The translations under genes were made by a program, and so were the position numbers. From positions 12,372-76,371 of the forward strand of contig JAPPGG010000031.1 in the NCBI GenBank assembly GCA_028875055.1: a stretch of DNA of 64,000 nucleotides, read 5' to 3'. This DNA comes from Chloroflexota bacterium (lineage in GTDB: Bacteria > Chloroflexota > Dehalococcoidia > Lucifugimonadales > UBA3495). The notes under the pieces were generated by a model. It was not told the DNA's origin, searched no databases, and saw nothing but the letters and a program-made list of their open reading frames with translations. Below are positions 63,720-64,000 of this stretch, piece after piece; positions within the stretch are counted from its first letter, which is position 1; each line of letters begins with the position of its first letter.

Positions 63720-64000
63720 TCAATCGGCGGCTTGCCCTTCCAGCGCGGTCAGGGGCTCCAGGGTGTCCAGGAAAACCTCAACGTCGGAAAGGTTGTCAGC
63801 GATGGTAATCGGAGCCAGCAATCGCTTTCTAATATAAAAGAAGCCATGCAGGGAGTTGGCGGTATTAGTAAAGGCGCGCACTCTGTCGTCGCCTGATAAT
63901 TCCTGGCAAAGTCGCATTACCTGAAAGAAGTAATCGTGCCGCCTGTACTGCCAGCCCTGGGCTTCCGCCACTGCCTTGGCCATCCAGGCGGCGGCGCCCC
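63720..64000 (-). CDS. PaREP1/HEPN-like family protein, 5' end beyond the window
   Basis: The frame stays open upstream of the first Met: ...GAAAWMAKAVAEAQGWQYRRHDYFF ... NSLHGFFY, matching the PaREP1 pattern (W.AAA..KA.A...GW...H....LH.NFY). It therefore runs off the window edge. Confidence 0.6.
   Translation of the reverse strand, partial: GAAAWMAKAVAEAQGWQYRRHDYFFQVMRLCQELSGDDRVRAFTNTANSLHGFFYIRKRLLAPITIADNLSDVEVFLDTLEPLTALEGQAAD

Noticed and set aside
1-64000. Search for CRISPR arrays, rRNA genes, tmRNA, RNase P RNA, SRP RNA and additional tRNAs.
   Set aside because: No regularly spaced direct repeats are present. No conserved rRNA, RNase P (gaggaaagtccgg), tmRNA (…ggttcgaatcc…cca outside the tRNA-Gly) or SRP motifs were found by eye. 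Only one cloverleaf (tRNA-Gly) is supported.

Overview
This is a high-GC bacterial chromosomal segment. The gene content and repeat style resemble Chloroflexota-like genomes, but I cannot assign a taxon from sequence alone. I call about 60 protein genes and one tRNA-Gly(UCC). There is no rRNA and no CRISPR array.

**Content**
- Housekeeping genes: lysA, holB, cmk, plsC, dapA, rho, tal, pyrG, rpsA, polX, a DEAD-box helicase, pnp, rpsO, lepB, prs and an Fpg/Nei glycosylase.
- A five-gene peptide/nickel-type ABC importer (27.4-33.3 kb).
- Oxygenase and catabolic genes with two MFS transporters (33.4-37.4 kb and 52.5-61.7 kb).
- Visibly AT-richer islets carrying accessory genes:
  - VapC, HicBA and two PaREP1/HEPN-like genes.
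  - A small methyltransferase plus an Eco29kI-like GIY-YIG nuclease.
  - A PIN gene paired with an unusually long 283-aa partner.
  - A retropepsin-like gene bracketed by inverted repeats.
- Several dispersed repeat families:
  - A ~190-bp MITE-like element whose terminal repeat matches the end of a decayed ISAs1-type transposase remnant.
  - GGGGCGCA-arm palindromes and CYTCC hairpins.
  - Perfect short tandem duplications of 41 bp and 13 bp.

**Most noteworthy candidates**
- 54.06-57.19 kb: a catalytic plus degenerate ferritin-like diiron pair, tightly coupled to an FmdB zinc ribbon and followed by an SCP2 protein.
- 47.18-48.44 kb: the PIN gene with its long partner. The PIN gene carries a 1-nt frameshift.
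- 41.74-43.00 kb: the compact R-M-like pair.
- 3486-3511: a 13-bp duplication that appears to frameshift a membrane-protein gene.
- 27273-27472: a consensus promoter plus structured leader upstream of the ABC operon.

All functional calls come from motif recognition by eye. No database search was run.
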